64,000 nucleotides of DNA from Bacilli bacterium (GTDB lineage: Bacteria > Bacillota_I > Bacilli_A > RF39 > UBA660), in contig JAFQXM010000007.1 of NCBI GenBank assembly GCA_017406955.1, positions 236,009 to 300,008 of the forward strand, in the 5' to 3' direction. The notes under the pieces are model-generated. The model was not told where the DNA came from. It made no database searches and saw only the letters and a list, made by a program, of their open reading frames with translations. How positions within the stretch are numbered: the first letter of the stretch is position 1; each line of letters begins with the position of its first letter. A program made the position numbers and the translations under genes. Positions 18,746 through 27,825 of this stretch are shown one piece after another.

Positions 18746-19792
18746 GTGGATACAAATAATAATCAAACTCAAACACCAGAAGAGCAAGAAAAAGATTTAA
18801 TATCTTTTGAAGATGTTAATGCAGCAATTAGTGGTGATCAAGATGCTATGATTGAACAATTAGAAAGAGCTAAACAAGTGGCTGTAGAACAAGTTCAACA
18901 AAGACAACAAGCATCATTAGAAGAACAACAAAAAGCTCAAGCAGAATTAGCAAAAAAAGCAGCAGAGTTAGAAGCTGCTAAAGAAAGGGCTAAGGCTAAA
19001 ATTGCTAATACAAAATATAAACAAGGTGAAACAGCACCTTCTGTTAGTGAAACTCCAACCGAAAACACACCTCAACCAGTAGAAAAAAAATCAGAAGAGA
19101 TTGCAGAGCCACCTAAAGAAAAAAAGATAGTAAAAAAAGTACCAAAGCATAAAGAAAAACCTAAGAAAATCAAAAAACAGAAGCCACCAAAACCACAAAA
19201 GACTGCTAAAACAAAAAAGGTAATTGTAAGAAAGAAAGTTAAAAAAGGACCAAGTAATTTTAAATACTATCTATTAGTTATCTTTTTCATTGCGTTATTT
19301 GCGTTTGTATATTTTTTACCAGATATCAGTAAATATATGAAAGAAAGAGCTGAATTAAAGAATGCCCAAGAAGAAATAATTACTACTGGTGATTTGGAAT
19401 GTAGTAAGGAAGATAGTGATGATGATTATGACTATGAATATACTTATACTTTTGCTTTTGATAATAGTAAATTAATTAAACTTAATTACAAAAAAACTAT
19501 ATCTACTAGTTCAAAAGATGATGAAGAAGAATTAGAGAAAATGAATAAACAATGTGAGTTATTACAAGATCAAGTAAAAAAACTAAAAGGTATCACAATA
19601 AAATGTGTTTTGGATGAATATTCTGTCTCAGAAGAACATGACCTTCGTTATGCAGTTTTAGATAAGAAAAAAGTGACAAATGGTTATATAGAAGCTGGTG
19701 GCACTTATCCAAAATATAAGTATAAACAAAATATAGATAAAATAGAGAAAAATATGAATGCTGCAGGTTATGATTGTGAACGAAAAAAGTAG
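18746..19792 (+). CDS. bitopic membrane protein, Lys-rich N-terminus, Cys-flanked extracytoplasmic domain (hypothetical)
   Basis: GTG start after GGGAG; central TM helix; C-terminal domain resembles the ORF at 42527-43201. Confidence 0.5.
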   Translation: MDTNNNQTQTPEEQEKDLISFEDVNAAISGDQDAMIEQLERAKQVAVEQVQQRQQASLEEQQKAQAELAKKAAELEAAKERAKAKIANTKYKQGETAPSVSETPTENTPQPVEKKSEEIAEPPKEKKIVKKVPKHKEKPKKIKKQKPPKPQKTAKTKKVIVRKKVKKGPSNFKYYLLVIFFIALFAFVYFLPDISKYMKERAELKNAQEEIITTGDLECSKEDSDDDYDYEYTYTFAFDNSKLIKLNYKKTISTSSKDDEEELEKMNKQCELLQDQVKKLKGITIKCVLDEYSVSEEHDLRYAVLDKKKVTNGYIEAGGTYPKYKYKQNIDKIEKNMNAAGYDCERKK

Positions 19793-19826
19793 TGTAAAAT
19801 TTTACATATAGAATAAAATATATACA

Positions 19827-19854
19827 TGTAAAATGATTGTAAACTCTTTGTAAA
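19827..19854 (+). promoter_or_regulatory. three TGTAAA hexamers at 11-bp phasing (WalR-type boxes)
   Basis: TGTAAA(19827)-atgat-TGTAAA(19838)-ctctt-TGTAAA(19849). Each adjacent pair fits the B. subtilis WalR consensus TGTWAH-N5-TGTWAH. The array abuts a TATGAT -10-like hexamer. Confidence 0.55.
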
Positions 19855-19887
19855 TATGATAAACTTATATTTACGAGGAGTTTTTAT

Positions 19888-20586
19888 ATGAAATATTTAA
19901 TGCGTGTTTTAAATTGTTTATTAATTATTATGATTCCAGTAACTTTTATTATGACGCCAGTTCATAAAGAAAAAGCTATTGTTTTGAAAAGTGATAATAA
20001 GATAAAAAAATTAAAAAGTGCATCAATAAAACTAGAAAAGAAGGAAGAAATAAAAAAAGAAGAACAAAACAAAGAGCAAAAACCAGAAGAACAACAAGAA
20101 GTAAAAAAAGAAACTGTACAAAATGAAAAAACACTGGTTAACAACAATACAAAAGTTGAAAATAAACCAATAGTAAGACAGACTCAACCTAGAATAGTAT
20201 CTAAACCAGTACAAACAAAACCTGTTACAGATGTATTAGAAACTAAAGTAGGTAAAATGAGTGGATATGGTCCTGACTGTAAAGGATGTAGTGGTAATCT
20301 TGCTAGTGGAATAAATGCTAAAAATGGTAATATTTATTATAATGATAAAAAATATGGAAGAATTAGAATAGTTGCAGGAGATCGTTCATATAAATTTGGA
20401 ACCATTGTAAGAATAAAAAACTCAAGAGCTGGTAACAATATAATTGCTATTGTACTAGATAGAGGTAGTAATATAGGTATAGGAAAAAAATTCTTATTTG
20501 ACTTACTTTATCCAAGTAGTAAAGAAGCTGCTAAAGATGAAGTATCATATAATGTAACATTTGAAATACTAAGATATGGTTATTAA
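19888..20586 (+). CDS. secreted 3D-domain (MltA-like, YocH/YabE-type) cell-wall protein
   Basis: Signal/TM helix, K/E/Q-rich linker, C-terminal 3D-type domain (MSGYGPDCKGCSG...IVAGD...FGTIVRI...AIVLDRG). Confidence 0.7.
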   Translation: MKYLMRVLNCLLIIMIPVTFIMTPVHKEKAIVLKSDNKIKKLKSASIKLEKKEEIKKEEQNKEQKPEEQQEVKKETVQNEKTLVNNNTKVENKPIVRQTQPRIVSKPVQTKPVTDVLETKVGKMSGYGPDCKGCSGNLASGINAKNGNIYYNDKKYGRIRIVAGDRSYKFGTIVRIKNSRAGNNIIAIVLDRGSNIGIGKKFLFDLLYPSSKEAAKDEVSYNVTFEILRYGY

Positions 20587-20635
20587 TCATATCTTTTTTT
20601 ATGATATAATATTTATTGTGAAAAGAGGTTAAATA

Positions 20636-22780
20636 ATGAATGAAATGATTATAAAAAACATAAGTGAAGATTTAAATATAACTACTAAACAAGTAAGTAC
20701 TGTACTTTCTATGTTAGAAGAGGGTAATACTATACCATTTATCGCCAGATATAGAAAAGAAGCTACTGGTGCTTTAGATGAAGAAACAATTAGAAAGATA
20801 AATGAAGTGTATGTTTATCAAAATAATTTATTAAAAAGAAAAGAAGATGTTATTAGATTAATAGATGAGAAGGGTATGTTAACTGAAGAATTAAAAAGTA
20901 ATATTTTAAAGTGTAATAAGTTAGTAGAAGTAGAAGACTTATATAGACCATATAAAGAAAAGAAAAAAACTAAAGCAACTGAAGCTATTGCGTTAGGATT
21001 AGAGCCACTTGCCAAGATGATAATGTCACATCCTACTAGTGGTACTATAGAAGATTTATGTAAGAAATTTATTAATGATAAAGTAAAGACTGTAGAAGAT
21101 GCAATTACTAATAGTTCTTATATAATTGCAGAATGGATTAGTGATAATGCTTATTATCGTAAATATATTAGAAGTTTTATATATAAGAATGGTACTATGA
21201 TTACTAAAAAGAAAAAGAATGCTGAAGATGAAAAAGGTATATATGAAATGTATTATGATTATAATGAAGCTGTTAAATATATAAAATCTCATAGAATAAT
21301 GGCGATTAACAGAGCTGAAAAAGAAAAAGTAATTACTGTATCTATTGATTATAATAAGGATGATATTATTTCTTTCTTAGAAAAGAAAATAATAAAGAAC
21401 GATAAATCCTTTGTAGTAGATATTATAAAAAGTAGTATTAAAGATTCTTTAAAGAGATTAATACTACCTAGTGTAGAGAGAGAAATAAGAAGTGAGTTAA
21501 AAGAAAAAGCTGAAGTTGTATCTATAGAAAACTTTTCTCTTAATGTAGAACATTTATTACTTACTCCACCAATCAAAGAGAAAGTAGTTCTAGGATATGA
21601 TCCAGGATTTAGAACAGGTTGTAAATTAGCAGTATTAGATAAAACTGGTAAGCCTTTAGATATCGCAGTTATTTATCCAACAGAGCCTCATAATAAGATA
21701 AGTGAGTCTAAAAAAATAGTATTAGATCTAATAGATAAATATAATATAGATATAATTGCTATTGGTAATGGTACTGCTTCTCGTGAATCTGAAGCTTTTA
21801 TTGCTGAAACTATAAAAGAAGCTAAGAGAAAAGTAGAATATGTAATAGTGAGTGAAGCAGGAGCTTCAGTATATTCTGCTTCTAAACTAGCTATTGATGA
21901 GTTTCCTAATTTAACTGTAGAAAAAAGAAGTGCTATTAGTATTGGTAGAAGATTACAAGATTCTTTATCAGAATTAGTTAAGATAGATCCTAAGAGTATA
22001 GGAGTAGGTTTGTATCAACATGATGTTACTCCTAAAAAACTAGATGAGTCATTAAACTTTGTTGTTACTAAATCAGTTAACTCAGTAGGAGTTAATATAA
22101 ATACTGCTAGTAGTTCACTACTGAGTTATGTGTCTGGACTTACTAAGAAAGTAATTAATGAAATACTTTCTACTAGGGATAAGATTGGTAAATTTATAAG
22201 TAGAGATGATATTAAGAAGTTAAAAGGTATGACTCCTAAAGTATATGAACAATCTATTGGTTTTATTAGAATAGTAGATGGATCTAATCCTCTAGATAAA
22301 ACATCTATTCATCCAGAAAGTTATGACGCTACTATTAAGTTACTTACTAGTTTAGGTTTTAATATTAATGATATTGGTACTGATAAATTAAAGAGTTCAT
22401 TAAATATAGATATAGAAGAGTATAGTAAAAAATTAAATATAGATAAATATACTCTAAAAGATATAATAGATTCTTTAATGTCTCCTGAAAGAGATCCTAG
22501 AGATGAATTAGATAAACCAATACTTAAAAGTGATATCTTACATATAGAAGATTTACATGTAGGAGACAAACTTCAAGGTACTGTTAGAAATGTAGTAGAC
22601 TTTGGTTTATTTATAGATGTTGGATTACATGATGATGGACTTGCTCATATATCAAAGCTTTCTAAGAACTATATTAAACATCCAGGAGATTTGTTTAGTG
22701 TTGGAGATATAGTAGATTGTTATGTAGAAGATATTGATTTAAAGAAGCAAAAACTTAGTTTAAGCTTAATAAAAGATTAG
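20636..22780 (+). CDS. tex: transcription accessory protein Tex
   Basis: N-terminal Tex HTH (IPFIARYRKE), YqgF-like (GYDPGFRTGCK), HhH region, C-terminal S1 domain (GTVRNVVDFGLFIDVG). Confidence 0.9.
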   Translation: MNEMIIKNISEDLNITTKQVSTVLSMLEEGNTIPFIARYRKEATGALDEETIRKINEVYVYQNNLLKRKEDVIRLIDEKGMLTEELKSNILKCNKLVEVEDLYRPYKEKKKTKATEAIALGLEPLAKMIMSHPTSGTIEDLCKKFINDKVKTVEDAITNSSYIIAEWISDNAYYRKYIRSFIYKNGTMITKKKKNAEDEKGIYEMYYDYNEAVKYIKSHRIMAINRAEKEKVITVSIDYNKDDIISFLEKKIIKNDKSFVVDIIKSSIKDSLKRLILPSVEREIRSELKEKAEVVSIENFSLNVEHLLLTPPIKEKVVLGYDPGFRTGCKLAVLDKTGKPLDIAVIYPTEPHNKISESKKIVLDLIDKYNIDIIAIGNGTASRESEAFIAETIKEAKRKVEYVIVSEAGASVYSASKLAIDEFPNLTVEKRSAISIGRRLQDSLSELVKIDPKSIGVGLYQHDVTPKKLDESLNFVVTKSVNSVGVNINTASSSLLSYVSGLTKKVINEILSTRDKIGKFISRDDIKKLKGMTPKVYEQSIGFIRIVDGSNPLDKTSIHPESYDATIKLLTSLGFNINDIGTDKLKSSLNIDIEEYSKKLNIDKYTLKDIIDSLMSPERDPRDELDKPILKSDILHIEDLHVGDKLQGTVRNVVDFGLFIDVGLHDDGLAHISKLSKNYIKHPGDLFSVGDIVDCYVEDIDLKKQKLSLSLIKD

Positions 22781-22810
22781 ATCTATGAGCTCTTTTTTTG
22801 TTTTATGAAA

Positions 22811-22839
22811 TTGACTTTTTTGTGTTTTTATGGTATAAT
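22811..22839 (+). promoter_or_regulatory. sigma-A promoter with extended -10
   Basis: TTGACT - 17 nt - (TGg)TATAAT. Confidence 0.6.
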
Positions 22840-22869
22840 ACGAGCCGATTTTGAGAGAGGTTGTTTGCA

Positions 22870-23589
22870 ATGAAAAAGAAAAAGAATAAAAGTATTGAAA
22901 TGAAAATATATGAAATGTTGGGTATTAAGAAGTTTAAGAAGTTTGTATTGTTTTTGAATGAATTAGGTGTATATCCTTTTACTAAACATATGACTAAGGA
23001 AGAAAGACGAGCTATGTTATGGAATAGTGGTGGTAACTATAACCTAGGAAAAGTCAATAGTGTAGAAGATGTTAAAAAATTTAAAAAACAATTACTTTTT
23101 AATACAGGGATACATGTAGCAGGATTATTGATATGTGTATATCCCACTGTAGGAATAATCACAGGTGAAGCAGCTTTAGCTACAGACATTATAGTGCCTC
23201 CTTTAATAGCTTTAAATTCATATTGCATTATGTTACAAAGATATAATGATATTAGAATTAATAGGTTTATAAAGAAAATGGAACCAAGAAGTAAAAATGA
23301 AAAGGATGAAGTTAGTGATGAATTAATAAAAGCAGATTCATTAATACCTGAACATACATATAAAATTATAAATAAAAAGGAAAAAGAAACAGATATAACA
23401 CTAGATGAAGTAATTGATAATTCTAATATTGAGCAACTAAAAATATATCGCCAATATTTAGAAAGTTTTAGAAGAGGTAATGAACCAATATATGGGGAAG
23501 ATCATTACTACGAAGATAGTGTAAGTATTCCAATGAAAAGACATAAAACACTTAAATTAGAATTAAAAGATAATAGAAAAGATTACTAA
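22870..23589 (+). CDS. membrane protein (hypothetical)
   Basis: ATG at 22870 after GAGAGAGG; two to three hydrophobic helices; charged C-terminal half. Confidence 0.45.
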   Translation: MKKKKNKSIEMKIYEMLGIKKFKKFVLFLNELGVYPFTKHMTKEERRAMLWNSGGNYNLGKVNSVEDVKKFKKQLLFNTGIHVAGLLICVYPTVGIITGEAALATDIIVPPLIALNSYCIMLQRYNDIRINRFIKKMEPRSKNEKDEVSDELIKADSLIPEHTYKIINKKEKETDITLDEVIDNSNIEQLKIYRQYLESFRRGNEPIYGEDHYYEDSVSIPMKRHKTLKLELKDNRKDY

Positions 23590-24212
23590 TATAATAAAGT
23601 AATCTTTCTGTTTATATCATTAATAAAACCATCTTCTTTTAAATGTTTTAACTCTCGCATCATGGCACTTCTATCTATTGCTAGATAGTCAGCTAAGTCT
23701 GTATAGGTATATTCTAAATCAAATGATTTAGAATTTACCTTTTTTGTTTGTAATTCAAAGTATGCTAGTAATTTATTTCTAATAGTTCTAGTAGTTAGTA
23801 ATTCTATTCTTTCGTTTCTTCGTACTAATTTTTCTGTAATTTGATTGATTAGGTTATTTAAAAAAGTTAAGGCATTAATACTTGTTTGAGCTTTGTTAAC
23901 TAATTCATCATAAGATACAAAGGTAACTTGAGAGTCAGATGTTGCTATAACTAGTAATTCGCTATTGGTAGAAGAATAAAACATATCGGAAAATATATCT
24001 CCACTATATAATTCTTCTACAATAGTTCTTTCACCATTATAATCAAATCTAACTAAGTTAGCAGATCCTTCTTCTATAATACCAATAATATTTCTATTAC
24101 CTAAAGAGTAGGCAATAGTTTGATTATTTTTGTAAAGAATTGTATTTGACTGTAAAGTCGATAAAAATTTTTTTTCGTCTAAATTTTCATAAATCCTAAG
24201 TTTTTCAAGCAT
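23586..24212 (-). CDS. Crp/Fnr-family transcriptional regulator (no cysteines)
   Basis: N-terminal cNMP-binding-like beta-barrel, C-terminal HTH (YTDLADYLAIDRSAMMRELKHLKEDG). AGGAGG RBS precedes ATG at 24212. No Cys residues, so no FNR-type Fe-S cluster. Confidence 0.8.
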   Translation of the reverse strand: MLEKLRIYENLDEKKFLSTLQSNTILYKNNQTIAYSLGNRNIIGIIEEGSANLVRFDYNGERTIVEELYSGDIFSDMFYSSTNSELLVIATSDSQVTFVSYDELVNKAQTSINALTFLNNLINQITEKLVRRNERIELLTTRTIRNKLLAYFELQTKKVNSKSFDLEYTYTDLADYLAIDRSAMMRELKHLKEDGFINDINRKITLLY

Positions 24213-24255
24213 TTGAAAGGCCTCCTTTTTCTTTAATTTAATTATAGTGTAAAAT

Positions 24256-24271
24256 TGTTGCAAATGCAACA
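24256..24271. promoter_or_regulatory. perfect 7-2-7 palindrome TGTTGCA-AA-TGCAACA (candidate Crp-family operator)
   Basis: Read directly; lies between the divergent regulator gene and nrdD, about 41-48 bp upstream of a plausible nrdD transcription start. Confidence 0.45.
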
Positions 24272-24334
24272 GTTTTTTATTTTTTAATGTTTTATGATGA
24301 TAATGTAGAAAAAATAAGAGGAGAGGTAATTTTT

Positions 24335-26458
24335 ATGAAAGTGATTAAACGTGATGGAAAAAGTGTAGACTTTGATCCAGAAAAAATAAGAGTTGCTATT
24401 AGTAAAGCAAATGATTGCGTTGCCGAAAGCGATCAAATTACTGATAGACAAATTGAGAACATAGTAAAATATATTATGGGATTAAAGAAAAGAAGAATGT
24501 TAGTTGAAGACATTCAAGATATTATTGAAGAAAAACTAATGGGGCTTAATAAGTTTGCATTAGCTAAGGAATATATTACGTATAGATATACAAGAGCGTT
24601 AGTTAGAAAAGCTAATACTACAGATGAATCTATACTAAGTTTAATTAAAAATACTAATAAAGAGTTAGCTGAAGAAAACTCTAATAAGAGTACAGTTTTA
24701 GCGTCTACTCAAAGAGATTATATTGCAGGTGAAGTATCTAGGGACTTAACACGCCGTATCTTACTACCTGAAAAAATTAGTGAAGCTCATGATAATGGAG
24801 TATTACACTTCCATGATGCAGATTATTTTGTACAACCAATATTTAACTGTTGTTTAATTAATATTGAAGATATGCTTGATAATGGAATGGTTATGAATGG
24901 TAAGATGATAGAATCTCCAAAAAGCTTTCAAGTTGCTTGTACAGTAACTACTCAAATTATCGCTGCAGTTGCATCTAACCAATATGGTGGACAATCTGTA
25001 GATGTATCTCATTTAGGTAAATATGTTAGAAAATCTAGAAATAAATTTGTTAGAAATATAAAGAAAAATCATAAAGATTTAACTGAAAAACAAATAGAAG
25101 AATTAGCAGATGAGAGAGTTAAAGATGAAATTAAAGCAGGAGTTCAAACTATTCAATATCAAATTAATACATTAATGACTACTAATGGACAATCTCCGTT
25201 TGTAACAATCTTTATGCATTTAAAAGATGATGATAAATATATTAAAGAAAATGCTTTAATATTTGAAGAAATATTAAGACAAAGATATGAAGGTATAAAG
25301 AATGAAAAAGGAGTTTATGTTACTCCAGCTTTCCCTAAACTTGTTTATGTTTTAGATGAAAATAATAATCTAAGTGGAGGAGAGTATGATTATTTAACAA
25401 AACTTGCTATTAAATGTTCTGCTAAGAGAATGTATCCTGATTATATTAGTGCTAAGAAAATGCGTGAAAATTATGAAGGAAATGTATTTAGTCCAATGGG
25501 GTGTAGAAGTTTCTTATCTCCTTGGAAAGATAAAGATGGTAATTATAAATTTGAAGGAAGATTTAATCAAGGTGTTGTTTCTATCAACTTACCTCAAATT
25601 GGTATAGTTGCTGAAAAAGATGAAGATAAGTTCTGGAAAATCTTTGATGAAAGATTAGAATTATGTAGGGAAGCTCTAATGTGTCGTCATGAAGCTTTAC
25701 TTGGGACTTTAAGCGACACTTCACCAATTCATTGGCAATATGGAGCTATTGCTCGTCTTAAAAAAGGTGAAAAGATTGATAAATACTTAAATAGTACATA
25801 TTCTACATTATCTTTAGGATATATTGGTATATATGAGTTAACTAAATTAATTAAAGGTTGCTCTCATACTACTCCAGAAGGAGAAGAATTTGCTTTAAAA
25901 GTAATGAGGCATATGAGAGAAAAATGTGATACTTGGAAAAAAGAAACTGGTTTAGGATTTGCTTTATATGGAACACCAGCTGAGAGTTTATGCTATCGTT
26001 TCGCAAGAATTGATAAAGAATTGTTTGGTACTATTAAAGATGTAACTGATAAAGGATACTATACTAATAGTTATCATGTTGATGTTCGTGAAAAAATTGA
26101 TGCATTTACTAAATTTACTTTTGAATCTCAATTTCAACCAATCTCATCAGGTGGATGTATATCATATGTAGAAGTTCCAAATATGGAACATAACTTAAAA
26201 GCTATGGCTGACGTTGTTAAATTTATCTATGATAATATTCAATATGCTGAGTTTAATACCAAATCAGATTTCTGTCATGAATGTGGATTCTCTGGAGAAA
26301 TTAAGATTAATGAAGATTTAGAATGGGAATGTCCAAATTGTGGAAATAAAGATAAAAAGAAAATGAATGTCGCAAGACGTACTTGTGGATATCTAGGAGA
26401 AAACTTCTGGAATGTTGGTAAAACTAAGGAGATAAAAGCTAGAGTTACACATCTATAG
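24335..26458 (+). CDS. nrdD: anaerobic ribonucleoside-triphosphate reductase
   Basis: ATP-cone N-terminus (VIKRDGKSVDFDPEKI), C-terminal zinc ribbon (CHECGF..CPNCG) and glycyl-radical motif RTCGYLG. GAGGAGAGG RBS before ATG at 24335. Confidence 0.95.
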   Translation: MKVIKRDGKSVDFDPEKIRVAISKANDCVAESDQITDRQIENIVKYIMGLKKRRMLVEDIQDIIEEKLMGLNKFALAKEYITYRYTRALVRKANTTDESILSLIKNTNKELAEENSNKSTVLASTQRDYIAGEVSRDLTRRILLPEKISEAHDNGVLHFHDADYFVQPIFNCCLINIEDMLDNGMVMNGKMIESPKSFQVACTVTTQIIAAVASNQYGGQSVDVSHLGKYVRKSRNKFVRNIKKNHKDLTEKQIEELADERVKDEIKAGVQTIQYQINTLMTTNGQSPFVTIFMHLKDDDKYIKENALIFEEILRQRYEGIKNEKGVYVTPAFPKLVYVLDENNNLSGGEYDYLTKLAIKCSAKRMYPDYISAKKMRENYEGNVFSPMGCRSFLSPWKDKDGNYKFEGRFNQGVVSINLPQIGIVAEKDEDKFWKIFDERLELCREALMCRHEALLGTLSDTSPIHWQYGAIARLKKGEKIDKYLNSTYSTLSLGYIGIYELTKLIKGCSHTTPEGEEFALKVMRHMREKCDTWKKETGLGFALYGTPAESLCYRFARIDKELFGTIKDVTDKGYYTNSYHVDVREKIDAFTKFTFESQFQPISSGGCISYVEVPNMEHNLKAMADVVKFIYDNIQYAEFNTKSDFCHECGFSGEIKINEDLEWECPNCGNKDKKKMNVARRTCGYLGENFWNVGKTKEIKARVTHL

Positions 26459-26470
26459 GAGGGTCGGATT

Positions 26471-27016
26471 ATGCATTATGCTTCAATAAAAGAATATGAT
26501 ATTGCTAATGGAGAGGGAATTAGAGTATCCCTTTTTGTTAGCGGATGTCCTCATGCTTGCCCATTTTGTTTTAATAAAGAAGCGTGGGATTATAATTATG
26601 GAGATAAATTTACTAAAGCTGAAGAAGATAAAATTTTAAAGGCATTAGATAAAGATTATATTGCAGGATTAACTCTACTTGGTGGAGAACCAATGTGGCC
26701 TGCTAATCAGAAAGGTGTTCTTCCATTACTTAGAAAAGTAAAGAAAAAATATCCAAATAAAAATATTTGGTGTTATACAGGGTATTTATTTGATAAAGAA
26801 ATAATGGAAGATATGTATAAAAATGATTTTACGAAAGAATTCTTATCATACATAGATGTTATGGTAGATGGCAGATTTGTAGAAAAATTAAAAGACCCAT
26901 CTCTATATTTTAGAGGAAGTTCTAATCAAAGGGTAATTGATGTTAAGAAAAGTTTAGAAAATAATAATGTAGAAGAAATAAAATTTAAAAATGAAGGAGT
27001 TAAATTACATGTCTAG
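26471..27016 (+). CDS. nrdG: anaerobic RNR activating protein (radical SAM)
   Basis: GCPHACPFCFN cluster motif; size and position after nrdD. Confidence 0.9.
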   Translation: MHYASIKEYDIANGEGIRVSLFVSGCPHACPFCFNKEAWDYNYGDKFTKAEEDKILKALDKDYIAGLTLLGGEPMWPANQKGVLPLLRKVKKKYPNKNIWCYTGYLFDKEIMEDMYKNDFTKEFLSYIDVMVDGRFVEKLKDPSLYFRGSSNQRVIDVKKSLENNNVEEIKFKNEGVKLHV

Positions 27017-27467
27017 AGGATTTGAAGTAGTTAAAGGTTATGAAGATAAAAATATAAATTTACCAGAAAGAAGTACAGCTCATTCTGCAGGATATGATAT
27101 AGAAGCTGCTGAAGATTTAGTAATACCTAAATTTGTTCCTGGATCTAAACCAACTTTAGTTCCTACAGGATTAAAAGTATATTGTGAAAATGATGAATGT
27201 GTATTACTTCTTAATAGAAGTAGTGGTCCTAAGAAAGGATTTATTCTTGCTAATAGTGTAGGTTTAATAGATCATGATTATTATGGTAATCCAGATAATG
27301 ATGGACATTTATTCTTCGCATACTTTAATTGTAGTGGAGAAGATATAAAAGTTAAAAAAGGTGATAAGATAGGTCAAGCTGTATTTACTAAGTTTTTAGT
27401 AACAGATAATGATAATGCTACTGGTAGTAGGCAAGGTGGCTTTGGTTCCACAGATAAGAATAATTAG
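27009..27467 (+). CDS. dut: dUTP diphosphatase
   Basis: HSAGYD, GLIDHDYYG, C-terminal RQGGFGST; the start overlaps the end of nrdG by 8 nt. Confidence 0.85.
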   Translation: MSRGFEVVKGYEDKNINLPERSTAHSAGYDIEAAEDLVIPKFVPGSKPTLVPTGLKVYCENDECVLLLNRSSGPKKGFILANSVGLIDHDYYGNPDNDGHLFFAYFNCSGEDIKVKKGDKIGQAVFTKFLVTDNDNATGSRQGGFGSTDKNN

Positions 27468-27476
27468 GAGGATATT

Positions 27477-27755
27477 ATGAGTTGTAGTCAATGTAAAAAT
27501 TTACAAAAAAAAGAGAAAAAGCCAGGCAAAGTAATGGGTGCTAAGTATTTTTGTAAGAAAAAGAAAAAATATGTAAATGGAGCTAATCCAGAATGTCCAA
27601 AATTTTCTAAATCTTATGCTAGAACAAACGATGAAAAAAATGAAATTTATTTAGATGGAAAAAATTTCTATGATGATGATACTAATATAGGGGCATATCT
27701 AGTAATACTAATAATACTAATTATTTTAGCTATTATAGTTAATATTTTTCATTAA
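27477..27755 (+). CDS. small Cys4 tail-anchored membrane protein (hypothetical)
   Basis: CSQC...C...C near the N-terminus, C-terminal TM helix; last gene of the nrdDG-dut unit. Confidence 0.45.
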   Translation: MSCSQCKNLQKKEKKPGKVMGAKYFCKKKKKYVNGANPECPKFSKSYARTNDEKNEIYLDGKNFYDDDTNIGAYLVILIILIILAIIVNIFH

Positions 27756-27757
27756 TT

Positions 27758-27786
27758 AAACAATCTATAAGATTGTTTTCTTTTTA
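27758..27786 (+). terminator. rho-independent terminator
   Basis: AAACAATC-tataa-GATTGTTT plus T-run. Confidence 0.7.
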
Positions 27787-27825
27787 TATTTAATATGTTA
27801 TTATATATATTAGTTAGGTGTTAAT

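Noticed and set aside
20030-20110. Purine-rich AAGAAG/AAAGAA reiterations that look like a tandem repeat.
   Set aside because: The reiterations are imperfect, in frame, and encode a K/E/Q low-complexity linker of the 3D-domain protein. Similar tracts occur in other linkers (8100-8360, 18900-19260).
19962-20214. Two overlapping minus-strand ORFs (61 and 60 aa) opposite the 3D-domain protein gene.
   Set aside because: They mirror the purine-rich K/E/Q linker coding region and are Phe/Ser/Leu runs with no start context.
20818-22569. Four minus-strand ORFs inside tex.
   Set aside because: They are antisense to a conserved full-length Tex gene and have low-complexity translations.
24256-24285. 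The TGTTGCAAATGCAACA dyad followed by a T-run, considered as an intrinsic terminator.
   Set aside because: The loop is only 2 nt and the effective stem is short. No upstream plus-strand gene needs termination, because the neighbouring gene is on the minus strand and diverges. An operator role fits better.
25404-25607. Same-strand out-of-frame ORF inside nrdD; likewise 39946-40143 inside the lipoprotein gene.
   Set aside because: These are alternative-frame ORFs within a conserved gene, with no RBS and hydrophobic junk translations.
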